DNA from: Macrostomum lignano
Taxonomy: Eukaryota
DNA: 56,298 nt
Reading direction: 5' to 3'
Assembly (NCBI GenBank): GCA_002269645.1
Contig: NIVC01004184.1
Span: 1-56,298 of the forward strand
Part shown: in pieces, positions 9,593 through 24,500 of the stretch
How the letters are laid out: every line of letters begins with the position of its first letter
Position numbering within the stretch: position 1 is the first letter of the stretch
The notes under the pieces: model-generated
Told to the model about the DNA's origin: nothing
Databases searched by the model: none
Seen by the model: the letters and a program-made list of their open reading frames with translations, nothing else
Program-made: the position numbers and the translations under genes

Positions 9593-12500
9593 AGTGATCA
9601 GACACAGTACGTGGACAGGTACCGTGATCAGACATGGTAAGCAGGTCGTGATTAGACACAGTGAACAGGTAGTGATTAGACACGGTGAACAGGTAGTGAT
9701 TAGACACGGTGAACAGGTAGTGATTAGACACGGTGAACAGGTAGTGATTAGACACGGTGAACAGGTAGTGATTAGACACGGTGAACAGGTAGTGATTAGA
9801 CACAGTGAACAGGTCATGATTAGACACGGTGAACAGGTCGTGATCAGACACGGTGAACAGGTCGTGATTAGACACGGTGAACAGGTCGTGATTAGACACG
9901 GTGAGCAGGTCGTGATTAGACACGGTGAGCAGGTCGTGATTAGACACGGTGAACAGGTCGTGATCAGACATGGTAAGCAGGTCGTGATTAGACACAGTGA
10001 ACAGGTAGTGATTAGACACGGTGAACAGGTCGTGATCAGACATGGTAAGCAGGTCGTGATTAGACACGGTGAGCAGGTCGTGATTAGACACGGTGAACAG
10101 GTAGTGATTAGACACGGTGAACAGGTCGTGATCAGACATGGTAAGCAGGTCGTGATTAGACACGGTGAGCAGGTAGTGATTAGACACGGTGAACAGGTCG
10201 TGATCAGACATGGTAAGCAGGTCGTGATTAGACACGGTGAGCAGGTCGTGATTAGACACGGTGAACAGGTCGTGATCAGACATGGTAAGCAGGTCGTGAT
10301 TAGACACAGTGAACAGGTAGTGATTAGACACGGTGAACAGGTAGTGATTAGACACGGTGAACAGGTAGTGATTAGACACGGTGAACAGGTAGTGATTAGA
10401 CACGGTGAACAGGTAGTGATTAGACACGGTGAACAGGTAGTGATTAGACACGGTGAGCAGGTCGTGATCAGACACGGTGAACAGGTCGTGATTAGACACG
10501 GTGAACAGGTCGTGATTAGACACGGTGAGCAGGTCGTGATTAGACACGGTGAACAGGTCGTGATCAGACATGGTAAGCAGGTCGTGATTAGACACAGTGA
10601 ACAGGTAGTGATTAGACACGGTGAACAGGTAGTGATTAGACACAGTGAACAGGTAGTGATTAGACACGGTGAACAGGTAGTGATTAGACACGGTGAGCAG
10701 GTCGTGATTAGACACGGTGAGCAGGTCGTGATTAGACACGGTGAACAGGTCGTGATCAGACATGGTAAGCAGGTCGTGATTAGACACGGTGAGCAGGTCG
10801 TGATTAGACACGGTGAACAGGTCGTGATCAGACATGGTAAGCAGGTCGTGATTAGACACAGTGAACAGGTAGTGATTAGACACAGTGAACAGGTCGTGAT
10901 TAGACACAGTGAACAGGTAGTGATTAGACACGGTGAACAGGTCGTGATCAGACATGGTAAGCAGGTCGTGATTAGACACAGTGAACAGGTAGTGATTAGA
11001 CACGGTGAACAGGTCGTGATCAGACATGGTAAGCAGGTCGTGATTAGACACGGTGAGCAGGTCGTGATTAGACACGGTGAACAGGTAGTGATTAGACACG
11101 GTGAACAGGTCGTGATCAGACATGGTAAGCAGGTCGTGATTAGACACGGTGAGCAGGTAGTGATTAGACACGGTGAACAGGTCGTGATCAGACATGGTAA
11201 GCAGGTCGTGATTAGACACGGTGAACAGGTCGTGATCAGACATGGTAAGCAGGTCGTGATTAGACACGGTGAGCAGGTAGTGATTAGACACGGTGAACAG
11301 GTCGTGATCAGACATGGTAAGCAGGTCGTGATTAGACACGGTGAGCAGGTCGTGATTAGACACGGTGAACAGGTCGTGATCAGACATGGTAAGCAGGTCG
11401 TGATTAGACACAGTGAACAGGTAGTGATTAGACACGGTGAACAGGTAGTGATTAGACACGGTGAACAGGTAGTGATTAGACACGGTGAACAGGTAGTGAT
11501 TAGACACGGTGAACAGGTAGTGATTAGACACGGTGAACAGGTCGTGATCAGACACGGTGAACAGGTCGTGATTAGACACGGTGAACAGGTCGTGATTAGA
11601 CACGGTGAGCAGGTCGTGATTAGACACGGTGAACAGGTCGTAATCAGACATGGTAAGCAGGTCGTGATTAGACACAGTGAACAGGTAGTGATTAGACACG
11701 GTGAACAGGTAGTGATTAGACACAGTGAACAGGTAGTGATTAGACACGGTGAACAGGTAGTGATCAGACACGGTGAGCAGGTCGTGATTAGACACGGTGA
11801 ACAGGTCGTGATCAGACACGGTGAACAGGTCGTGATCAGACATGGTAAGCAGGTCGTGATTAGACACGGTGAGCAGGTCGTGATTAGACACGGTGAACAG
11901 GTCGTGATCAGACATGGTAAGCAGGTCGTGATTAGACACAGTGAACAGGTAGTGATTAGACACAGTGAACAGGTCGTGATTAGACACAGTGAACAGGTAG
12001 TGATTAGACACGGTGAACAGGTCGTGATCAGACACGGTGAACAGGTCGTGATCAGACATGGTAAGCAGGTCGTGATTAGACACAGTGAAGAGGTAGTGAT
12101 TAAACACAGTGAACAGGTCGTGATTAGACACAGTGAACAGGTAGTGATTAGACACGGTGAACAGGTCGTGATCAGACATGGTAAGCAGGTCGTGATTAGA
12201 CACAGTGAACAGGTAGTGATTAGACACGGTGAACAGGTCGTGATCAGACATGGTAAGCAGGTCGTGATTAGACACGGTGAGCAGGTCGTGATTAGACACG
12301 GTGAACAGGTAGTGATTAGACACGGTGAACAGGTCGTGATCAGACATGGTAAGCAGGTCGTGATTAGACACGGTGAGCAGGTAGTGATTAGACACGGTGA
12401 ACAGGTCGTGATCAGACATGGTAAGCAGGTCGTGATTAGACACGGTGAGCAGGTCGTGATTAGACACGGTGAACAGGTCGTGATCAGACATGGTAAGCAG

Positions 12501-15500
12501 GTCGTGATTAGACACGGTGAGCAGGTAGTGATTAGACACGGTGAACAGGTCGTGATCAGACATGGTAAGCAGGTCGTGATTAGACACGGTGAGCAGGTAG
12601 TGATTAGACACGGTGAACAGGTCGTGATCAGACATGGTAAGCAGGTCGTGATTAGACACAGTGAACAGGTAGTGATTAGACACGGTGAACAGGTAGTGAT
12701 TAGACACGGTGAACAGGTAGTGATTAGACACGGTGAACAGGTAGTGATTAGACACGGTGAACAGGTAGTGATTAGACACGGTGAACAGGTCGTGATCAGA
12801 CACGGTGAACAGGTCGTGATTAGACACGGTGAACAGGTCGTGATTAGACACAGTGAACAGGTCGTGATCAGACATGGTAAGCAGGTCGTGATTAGACACA
12901 GTGAACAGGTAGTGATTAGACACGGTGAACAGGTAGTGATTAGACACGGTGAACAGGTAGTGATTAGACACGGTGAACAGGTAGTGATTAGACACGGTGA
13001 ACAGGTAGTGATTAGACACAGTGAACAGGTAGTGATTAGACACGGTGAACAGGTAGTGATTAGACACGGTGAACAGGTCGTGATCAGACACGGTGAACAG
13101 GTAGTGATTAGACACGGTGAACAGGTCGTGATCAGACACGGTGAACAGGTCGTGATTAGACACGGTGAGCAGGTCGTGATTAGACACGGTGAACAGGTCG
13201 TGATCAGACATGGTAAGCAGGTCGTGATTAGACACAGTGAACAGGTCGTGATTAGACACAGTGAACAGGTAGTGATTAGACACAGTGAACAGGTAGTGAT
13301 TAGACACGGTGAACAGGTCGTGATCAGACATGGTAAGCAGGTCGTGATTAGACACAGTGAACAGGTAGTGATTAGACACGGTGAACAGGTCGTGATCAGA
13401 CATGGTAAGCAGGTCGTGATTAGACACGGTGAGCAGGTCGTGATTAGACACGGTGAACAGGTAGTGATTAGACACGGTGAACAGGTCGTGATCAGACATG
13501 GTAAGCAGGTCGTGATTAGACACGGTGAGCAGGTAGTGATTAGACACGGTGAACAGGTCGTGATCAGACATGGTAAGCAGGTCGTGATTAACACGGTGAA
13601 CAGGTCGTGATCAGACATGGTAAGCAGGTCGTGATTAGACACGGTGAGCAGGTAGTGATTAGACACGGTGAACAGGTCGTGATCAGACATGGTAAGCAGG
13701 TCGTGATTAGACACGGTGAGCAGGTCGTGATTAGACACGGTGAACAGGTCGTGATCAGACATGGTAAGCAGGTCGTGATTAGACACAGTGAACAGGTAGT
13801 GATTAGACACGGTGAACAGGTAGTGATTAGACACGGTGAACAGGTAGTGATTAGACACGGTGAACAGGTAGTGATTAGACACGGTGAACAGGTAGTGATT
13901 AGACACGGTGAACAGGTCGTGATCAGACACGGTGAACAGGTCGTGATTAGACACGGTGAACAGGTCGTGATTAGACACGGTGAGCAGGTCGTGATTAGAC
14001 ACGGTGAACAGGTCGTGATCAGACATGGTAAGCAGGTCGTGATTAGACACAGTGAACAGGTAGTGATTAGACACGGTGAACAGGTCGTGATTAGACACAG
14101 TGAACAGGTAGTGATTAGACACGGTGAACAGGTAGTGATTAGACACGGTGAGCAGGTCGTGATTAGACACGGTGAGCAGGTCGTGATTAGACACGGTGAA
14201 CAGGTCGTGATCAGACATGGTAAGCAGGTCGTGATTAGACACGGTGAGCAGGTCGTGATTAGACACGGTGAACAGGTCGTGATCAGACATGGTAAGCAGG
14301 TCGTGATTAGACACAGTGAACAGGTAGTGATTAGACACAGTGAACAGGTCGTGATTAGACACAGTGAACAGGTAGTGATTAGACACGGTGAGCAGGTCGT
14401 GATTAGACACGGTGAACAGGTAGTGATTAGACACGGTGAACAGGTCGTGATCAGACATGGTAAGCAGGTCGTGATTAGACACGGTGAGCAGGTAGTGATT
14501 AGACACGGTGAACAGGTCGTGATCAGACATGGTAAGCAGGTCGTGATTAGACACGGTAAGCAGGTCGTGATTAGACACGGTGAACAGGTCGTGATCAGAC
14601 ATGGTAAGCAGGTCGTGATTAGACACGGTGAGCAGGTCGTGATTAGACACGGTGAACAGGTAGTGATTAGACACGGTGAACAGGTCGTGATCAGACATGG
14701 TGAACAGGTAGTGATTAGACACGGTGAACAGGTCGTGATCAGACATGGTAAGCAGGTCGTGATTAGACACAGTGAACAGGTAGTGATTAGACACGGTGAA
14801 CAGGTCGTGATCAGACATGGTAAGCAGGTCGTGATTAGACACGGTGAGCAGGTAGTGATTAGACACGGTGAACAGGTCGTGATCAGACATGGTAAGCAGG
14901 TCGTGATTAGACACGGTGAGCAGGTCGTGATTAGACACGGTGAACAGGTCGTGATCAGACATGGTAAGCAGGTCGTGATTAGACACAGTGAACAGGTAGT
15001 GATTAGACACAGTGAACAGGTCGTGATTAGACACAGTGAACAGGTAGTGATTAGACACGGTGAACAGGTCGTGATCAGACATGGTAAGCAGGTCGTGATT
15101 AGACACGGTGAGCAGGTAGTGATTAGACACGGTGAACAGGTCGTGATCAGACATGGTAAGCAGGTCGTGATTAGACACGGTGAACAGGTCGTGATCAGAC
15201 ATGGTAAGCAGGTCGTGATTAGACACGGTGAGCAGGTAGTGATTAGACACGGTGAACAGGTCGTGATCAGACATGGTAAGCAGGTCGTGATTAGACACGG
15301 TGAGCAGGTCGTGATTAGACACGGTGAACAGGTCGTGATCAGACATGGTAAGCAGGTCGTGATTAGACACAGTGAACAGGTAGTGATTAGACACAGTGAA
15401 CAGGTCGTGATTAGACACAGTGAACAGGTAGTGATTAGACACGGTGAGCAGGTCGTGATTAGACACGGTGAGCAGGTAGTGATTAGACACGGTGAACAGG

Positions 15501-18500
15501 TCGTGACCAGACATGGTAAGCAGGTCGTGATTAGACACGGTGAGCAGGTAGTGATTAGACACGGTGAACAGGTCGTGATCAGACATGGTAAGCAGGTCGT
15601 GATTAGACACGGTAAGCAGGTCGTGATTAGACACGGTGAACAGGTCGTGATCAGACATGGTAAGCAGGTCGTGATTAGACACGGTGAGCAGGTCGTGATT
15701 AGACACGGTGAACAGGTAGTGATTAGACACGGTGAACAGGTCGTGATCAGACATGGTGAACAGGTAGTGATTAGACACGGTGAACAGGTCGTGATCAGAC
15801 ATGGTAAGCAGGTCGTGATTAGACACGGTGAACAGGTAGTGATTAGACACGGTGAACAGGTCGTGATCAGACATGGTAAGCAGGTCGTGATTAGACACGG
15901 TGAGCAGGTAGTGATTAGACACGGTGAACAGGTCGTGATCAGACATGGTAAGCAGGTCGTGATTAGACACGGTGAGCAGGTCGTGATTAGACACGGTGAA
16001 CAGGTCGTGATCAGACATGGTAAGCAGGTCGTGATTAGACACAGTGAACAGGTAGTGATTAGACACGGTGAACAGGTCGTGATTAGACACGGTGAACAGG
16101 TAGTGATTAGACACGGTGAACAGGTCGTGATCAGACATGGTAAGCAGGTCGTGATTAGACACGTGAACAGGTAGTGATTAGACACGGTGAACAGGTCGTG
16201 ATCAGACATGGTAAGCAGGTCGTGATTAGACACGGTGAGCAGGTCGTGATTAGACACGGTGAACAGGTAGTGATTAGACACGGTGAACAGGTCGTGATCA
16301 GACATGGTAAGCAGGTCGTGATTAGACACGGTGAGCAGGTAGTGATTAGACACGGTGAACAGGTCGTGATCAGACATGGTAAGCAGGTCGTGATTAGACA
16401 CGGTGAGCAGGTCGTGATTAGACACGGTGAACAGGTCGTGATCAGACATGGTAAGCAGGTCGTGATTAGACACGGTGAGCAGGTAGTGATTAGACACGGT
16501 GAACAGGTCGTGATCAGACATGGTAAGCAGGTCGTGATTAGACACGGTGAGCAGGTCGTGATTAGACACGGTGAACAGGTCGTGATCAGACATGGTAAGC
16601 AGGTCGTGATTAGACACGGTGAACAGGTAGTGATTAGACACGGTGAACAGGTCGTGATTAGACACGGTGAACAGGTCGTGATTAGACACGGTGAACAGGT
16701 AGTGATTAGACACGGTGAACAGGTAGTGATTAGACACGGTGAACAGGTCGTGATTAGACACGGTGAACAGGTCGTGATTAGACACGGTGAAGCAGGTCGT
16801 GATTAGACACGGTGAACAGGTAGTGATTAGACACGGTGAACAGGTCGTGATCAGACATGGTAAGCAGGTCGTGATTAGACACGGTGAGCAGGTAGTGATT
16901 AGACACGGTGAACAGGTCGTGATCAGACATGGTAAGCAGGTCGTGATTAGACACGGTGAGCAGGTCGTGATTAGACACGGTGAACAGGTCGTGATCAGAC
17001 ATGGTAAGCAGGTCGTGATTAGACACGTGAACAGGTAGTGATTAGACACGGTGAACAGGTCGTGATCAGACACAGTGAACAGGTAGTGATTAGACACGGT
17101 GAACAGGTCGTGATCAGACATGGTAAGCAGGTCGTGATTAGACACAGTGAACAGGTAGTGATTAGACACGGTGAACAGGTCGTGATCAGACATGGTAAGC
17201 AGGTCGTGATTAGACACGGTGAGCAGGTCGTGATTAGACACGGTGAACAGGTAGTGATTAGACACGGTGAACAGGTCGTGATCAGACATGGTAAGCAGGT
17301 CGTGATTAGACACGGTGAGCAGGTAGTGATTAGACACGGTGAACAGGTCGTGATCAGACATGGTAAGCAGGTCGTGATTAGACACGGTGAGCAGGTCGTG
17401 ATTAGACACGGTGAACAGGTCGTGATCAGACATGGTAAGCAGGTCGTGATTAGACACGGTGAGCAGGTAGTGATTAGACACGGTGAACAGGTCGTGATCA
17501 GACATGGTAAGCAGGTCGTGATTAGACACGGTGAGCAGGTCGTGATTAGACACGGTGAACAGGTCGTGATCAGACATGGTAAGCAGGTCGTGATTAGACA
17601 CAGTGAACAGGTAGTGATTAGACACGGTGAACAGGTAGTGATTAGACACGGTGAACAGGTAGTGATTAGACACGGTGAACAGGTAGTGATTAGACACGGT
17701 GAGCAGGTAGTGATTAGACACGGTGAACAGGTCGTGATCAGACACGGTGAACAGGTCGTGATTAGACACGGTGAGCAGGTCGTGATTAGACACGGTGAAC
17801 AGGTAGTGATTAGACACGGTGAACAGGTCGTGATCAGACATGGTAAGCAGGTCGTGATTAGACACGGTGAGCAGGTAGTGATTAGACACGGTGAACAGGT
17901 CGTGATCAGACATGGTAAGCAGGTCGTGATTAGACACGGTGAGCAGGTCGTGATTAGACACGGTGAACAGGTCGTGATCAGACATGGTAAGCAGGTCGTG
18001 ATTAGACACGTGAACAGGTAGTGATTAGACACGGTGAACAGGTCGTGATCAGACATGGTAAGCAGGTCGTGATTAGACACGGTGAGCAGGTCGTGATTAG
18101 ACACGGTGAACAGGTAGTGATTAGACACGGTGAACAGGTCGTGATCAGACATGGTAAGCAGGTCGTGATTAGACACGGTGAGCAGGTAGTGATTAGACAC
18201 GGTGAACAGGTCGTGATCAGACATGGTAAGCAGGTCGTGATTAGACACGGTGAGCAGGTCGTGATTAGACACGGTGAACAGGTCGTGATCAGACATGGTA
18301 AGCAGGTCGTGATTAGACACGGTGAGCAGGTAGTGATTAGACACGGTGAACAGGTCGTGATCAGACATGGTAAGCAGGTCGTGATTAGACACGGTGAGCA
18401 GGTCGTGATTAGACACGGTGAACAGGTCGTGATCAGACATGGTAAGCAGGTCGTGATTAGACACGGTGAACAGGTAGTGATTAGACACGGTGAACAGGTA

Positions 18501-21500
18501 GTGATTAGACACGGTGAACAGGTCGTGATTAGACACGGTGAACAGGTAGTGATTAGACACGGTGAACAGGTAGTGATTAGACACGGTGAACAGGTCGTGA
18601 TTAGACACGGTGAACAGGTCGTGATTAGACACGGTGAACAGGTCGTGATTAGACACGGTGAGCAGGTCGTGATTAGACACGGTGAACAGGTCGTGATCAG
18701 ACATGGTAAGCAGGTCGTGATTAGACACAGTGAACAGGTAGTGATTAGACACGGTGAACAGGTCGTGATTAGACACAGTGAACAGGTAGTGATTAGACAC
18801 GGTGAACAGGTCGTGATTAGACACGGTGAAGCAGGTCGTGATTAGACACGGTGAGCAGGTCGTGATTAGACACGGTGAACAGGTCGTGATCAGACATGGT
18901 AAGCAGGTCGTGATTAGACACAGTGAACAGGTAGTGATTAGACACGGTGAACAGGTATGATCGACACAGTGAACAGGTCGTGATTAGACACGGTGAACAG
19001 GTCGTGATTAGACACGGTGAACAGTCGTGATTAGACACAGTGAACAGGTCGTGATTAGACACGGTGAACAGGTCGTGATCAGACATGGTAAGCAGGTCGT
19101 GATTAGACACAGTGAACAGGTAGTGATTAGACACGGTGAACAGGTCGTGATCAGAAATGGTAAGCAGGTCGTGATTAGACACGGTGAGCAGGTCGTGATT
19201 AGACACGGTGAGCAGGTAGTGATTAGACACGGTGAACAGGTCGTGATCAGACATGGTAAGCAGGTCGTGATTAGACACGGTGAGCAGGTAGTGATTAGAC
19301 ACGGTGAACAGGTCGTGATCAGACATGGTAAGCAGGTCGTGATTAGACACGGTGAACAGGTCGTGATCAGACATGGTAAGCAGGTCGTGATTAGACACGG
19401 TGAGCAGGTCGTGATTAGACACGGTGAACAGGTCGTGATCAGACATGGTAAGCAGGTCGTGATTAGACACGGTGAGCAGGTCGTGATTAGACACGGTGAA
19501 CAGGTCGTGATCAGACATGGTAAGCAGGTCGTGATTAGACACAGTGAACAGGTAGTGATTAGACACGGTGAACAGGTAGTGATTAGACACGGTGAACAGG
19601 TAGTGATTAGACACGGTGAACAGGTAGTGATTAGACACGGTGAACAGGTAGTGATTAGACACGGTGAACAGGTCGTGATTAGACACGGTGAACAGGTCGT
19701 GATTAGACACGGTGAACAGGTCGTGATTAGACACGGTGAGCAGGTCGTGATTAGACACGGTGAACAGGTCGTGATCAGACATGGTAAGCAGGTCGTGATT
19801 AGACACAGTGAACAGGTAGTGATTAGACACGGTGAACAGGTCGTGATTAGACACAGTGAACAGGTAGTGATTAGACACGTGAACAGGTAGTGATTAGACA
19901 CGGTGAACAGGTAGTGATTAGACACGGTGAGCAGGTCGTGATTAGACACGGTGAACAGGTCGTGATTAGACACGGTGAACAGGTCGTGATTAGACACGGT
20001 GAGCAGGTCGTGATTAGACACGGTGAACAGGTCGTGATCAGACATGGTAAGCAGGTCGTGATTAGACACAGTGAACAGGTAGTGATTAGACACGGTGAAC
20101 AGGTCGTGATCAGACATGGTAAGCAGGTCGTGATTAGACACGGTGAGCAGGTAGTGATTAGACACGGTGAACAGGTCGTGATCAGACATGGTAAGCAGGT
20201 CGTGATTAGACACGGTGAGCAGGTAGTGATTAGACACGGTGAACAGGTCGTGATCAGACATGGTAAGCAGGTCGTGATTAGACACGGTGAACAGGTAGTG
20301 ATTAGACACGGTGAACAGGTCGTGATCAGACATGGTAAGCAGGTCGTGATTAGACACGGTGAACAGGTAGTGATTAGACACGGTGAACAGGTCGTGATCA
20401 GACATGGTAAGCAGGTCGTGATTAGACACGGTGAGCAGGTCGTGATTAGACACGGTGAACAGGTCGTGATCAGACATGGTAAGCAGGTCGTGATTAGACA
20501 CGGTGAACAGGTAGTGATTAGACACGGTGAACAGGTCGTGATTAGACACAGTGAACAGGTAGTGATTAGACACGGTGAACAGGTCGTGATCAGACATGGT
20601 AAGCAGGTCGTGATTAGACACAGTGAACAGGTAGTGATTAGACACGGTGAACAGGTCGTGATCAGACATGGTAAGCAGGTCGTGATTAGACACGGTGAGC
20701 AGGTCGTGATTAGACACGGTGAACAGGTAGTGATTAGACACGGTGAACAGGTCGTGATCAGACATGGTAAGCAGGTCGTGATTAGACACGGTGAGCAGGT
20801 AGTGATTAGACACGGTGAACAGGTCGTGATCAGACATGGTAAGCAGGTCGTGATTAGACACGGTGAGCAGGTCGTGATTAGACACGGTGAACAGGTCGTG
20901 ATCAGACATGGTAAGCAGGTCGTGATTAGACACGTGAGCAGGTAGTGATTAGACACGGTGAACAGGTCGTGATCAGACATGGTAAGCAGGTCGTGATTAG
21001 ACACGGTGAGCAGGTCGTGATTAGACACGGTGAACAGGTCGTGATCAGACATGGTAAGCAGGTCGTGATTAGACACGTGAACAGGTAGTGATTAGACACG
21101 GTGAACAGGTAGTGATTAGACACGGTGAACAGGTAGTGATTAGACACGGTGAACAGGTAGTGATTAGACACGGTGAACAGGTAGTGATTAGACACGGTGA
21201 ACAGGTCGTGATCAGACACGGTGAACAGGTCGTGATTAGACACGGTGAGCAGGTCGTGATTAGACACGGTGAACAGGTAGTGATTAGACACGGTGAACAG
21301 GTCGTGATCAGACATGGTAAGCAGGTCGTGATTAGACACGGTGAGCAGGTAGTGATTAGACACGGTGAACAGGTCGTGATCAGACATGGTAAGCAGGTCG
21401 TGATTAGACACGGTGAGCAGGTAGTGATTAGACACGGTGAACAGGTCGTGATCAGACATGGTAAGCAGGTCGTGATTAGACACGTGAACAGGTAGTGATT

Positions 21501-24500
21501 AGACACGGTGAACAGGTCGTGATCAGACATGGTAAGCAGGTCGTGATTAGACACGGTGAGCAGGTCGTGATTAGACACGGTGAACAGGTAGTGATTAGAC
21601 ACGGTGAACAGGTCGTGATCAGACATGGTAAGCAGGTCGTGATTAGACACGGTGAGCAGGTAGTGATTAGACACGGTGAACAGGTCGTGATCAGACATGG
21701 TAAGCAGGTCGTGATTAGACACGGTGAGCAGGTCGTGATTAGACACGGTGAACAGGTCGTGATCAGACATGGTAAGCAGGTCGTGATTAGACACGGTGAG
21801 CAGGTAGTGATTAGACACGGTGAACAGGTCGTGATCAGACATGGTAAGCAGGTCGTGATTAGACACGGTGAGCAGGTCGTGATTAGACACGGTGAACAGG
21901 TCGTGATCAGACATGGTAAGCAGGTCGTGATTAGACACGGTGAACAGGTAGTGATTAGACACGGTGAACAGGTCGTGATTAGACACGGTGAACAGGTAGT
22001 GATTAGACACGGTGAACAGGTAGTGATTAGACACGGTGAACAGGTAGTGATTAGACACGGTGAACAGGTCGTGATCAGACACGGTGAACAGGTCGTGATT
22101 AGACACGGTGAGCAGGTCGTGATTAGACACGGTGAACAGGTAGTGATTAGACACGGTGAACAGGTCGTGATCAGACATGGTAAGCAGGTCGTGATTAGAC
22201 ACGGTGAGCAGGTAGTGATTAGACACGGTGAACAGGTCGTGATCAGACATGGTAAGCAGGTCGTGATTAGACACGGTGAGCAGGTCGTGATTAGACACGG
22301 TGAACAGGTCGTGATCAGACATGGTAAGCAGGTCGTGATTAGACACAGTGAACAGGTAGTGATTAGACACGTGAACAGGTCGTGATTAGACACAGTGAAC
22401 AGGTAGTGATTAGACACGGTGAACAGGTCGTGATCAGACATGGTAAGCAGGTCGTGATTAGACACAGTGAACAGGTAGTGATTAGACACGGTGAACAGGT
22501 CGTGATCAGACATGGTAAGCAGGTCGTGATTAGACACGGTGAGCAGGTCGTGATTAGACACGGTGAACAGGTAGTGATTAGACACGGTGAACAGGTCGTG
22601 ATCAGACATGGTAAGCAGGTCGTGATTAGACACGGTGAGCAGGTAGTGATTAGACACGGTGAACAGGTCGTGATCAGACATGGTAAGCAGGTCGTGATTA
22701 GACACGGTGAGCAGGTCGTGATTAGACACGGTGAACAGGTCGTGATCAGACATGGTAAGCAGGTCGTGATTAGACACGGTGAGCAGGTAGTGATTAGACA
22801 CGGTGAACAGGTCGTGATCAGACATGGTAAGCAGGTCGTGATTAGACACGGTGAGCAGGTCGTGATTAGACACGGTGAACAGGTAGTGATTAGACACGGT
22901 GAACAGGTCGTGATCAGACATGGTAAGCAGGTCGTGATTAGACACGGTGAGCAGGTAGTGATTAGACACGGTGAACAGGTCGTGATCAGACATGGTAAGC
23001 AGGTCGTGATTAGACACGGTGAGCAGGTCGTGATTAGACACGGTGAACAGGTCGTGATCAGACATGGTAAGCAGGTCGTGATTAGACACGTGAACAGGTA
23101 GTGATTAGACACGTGAACAGGTCGTGATTAGACACGTGAACAGGTAGTGATTAGACACGGTGAACAGGTCGTGATCAGACATGGTAAGCAGGTCGTGATT
23201 AGACACGTGAACAGGTAGTGATTAGACACGGTGAACAGGTCGTGATCAGACATGGTAAGCAGGTCGTGATTAGACACGGTGAGCAGGTCGTGATTAGACA
23301 CGGTGAACAGGTAGTGATTAGACACGGTGAACAGGTCGTGATCAGACATGGTAAGCAGGTCGTGATTAGACACGGTGAGCAGGTAGTGATTAGACACGGT
23401 GAACAGGTCGTGATCAGACATGGTAAGCAGGTCGTGATTAGACACGGTGAGCAGGTCGTGATTAGACACGGTGAACAGGTCGTGATCAGACATGGTAAGC
23501 AGGTCGTGATTAGACACGGTGAGCAGGTAGTGATTAGACACGGTGAACAGGTCGTGATCAGACATGGTAAGCAGGTCGTGATTAGACACGGTGAGCAGGT
23601 CGTGATTAGACACGGTGAACAGGTCGTGATCAGACATGGTAAGCAGGTCGTGATTAGACACAGTGAACAGGTAGTGATTAGACACGGTGAACAGGTAGTG
23701 ATTAGACACGGTGAACAGGTAGTGATTAGACACGGTGAACAGGTAGTGATTAGACACGGTGAACAGGTAGTGATTAGACACGGTGAACAGGTCGTGATTA
23801 GACACGGTGAACAGGTCGTGATTAGACACGGTGAACAGGTCGTGATTAGACACGGTGAGCAGGTCGTGATTAGACACGGTGAACAGGTCGTGATCAGACA
23901 TGGTAAGCAGGTCGTGATTAGACACAGTGAACAGGTAGTGATTAGACACGGTGAACAGGTAGTGATTAGACACAGTGAACAGGTAGTGATTAGACACGGT
24001 GAACAGGTAGTGATTAGACACGGTGAGCAGGTCGTGATTAGACACGGTGAGCAGGTCGTGATTAGACACGGTGAACAGGTCGTGATCAGACATGGTAAGC
24101 AGGTCGTGATTAGACACAGTGAACAGGTAGTGATTAGACACGGTGAACAGGTAATGATCGACACAGTGAACAGGTCGTGATTAGACACGGTGAACAGGTC
24201 GTGATTAGACACGGTGAACAGATAATGATCGACACAGTGAACAGGTCGTGATTAGACACGGTGAACAGGTCGTGATCAGACATGGTAAGCAGGTCGTGAT
24301 TAGACACGGTGAGCAGGTCGTGATTAGACACGGTGAACAGGTCGTGATCAGACATGGTAAGCAGGTCGTGATTAGACACAGTGAACAGGTAGTGATTAGA
24401 CACGGTGAACAGGTCGTGATCAGACATGGTAAGCAGGTCGTGATTAGACACGTGAACAGGTAGTGATTAGACACGGTGAACAGGTCGTGATCAGACATGG

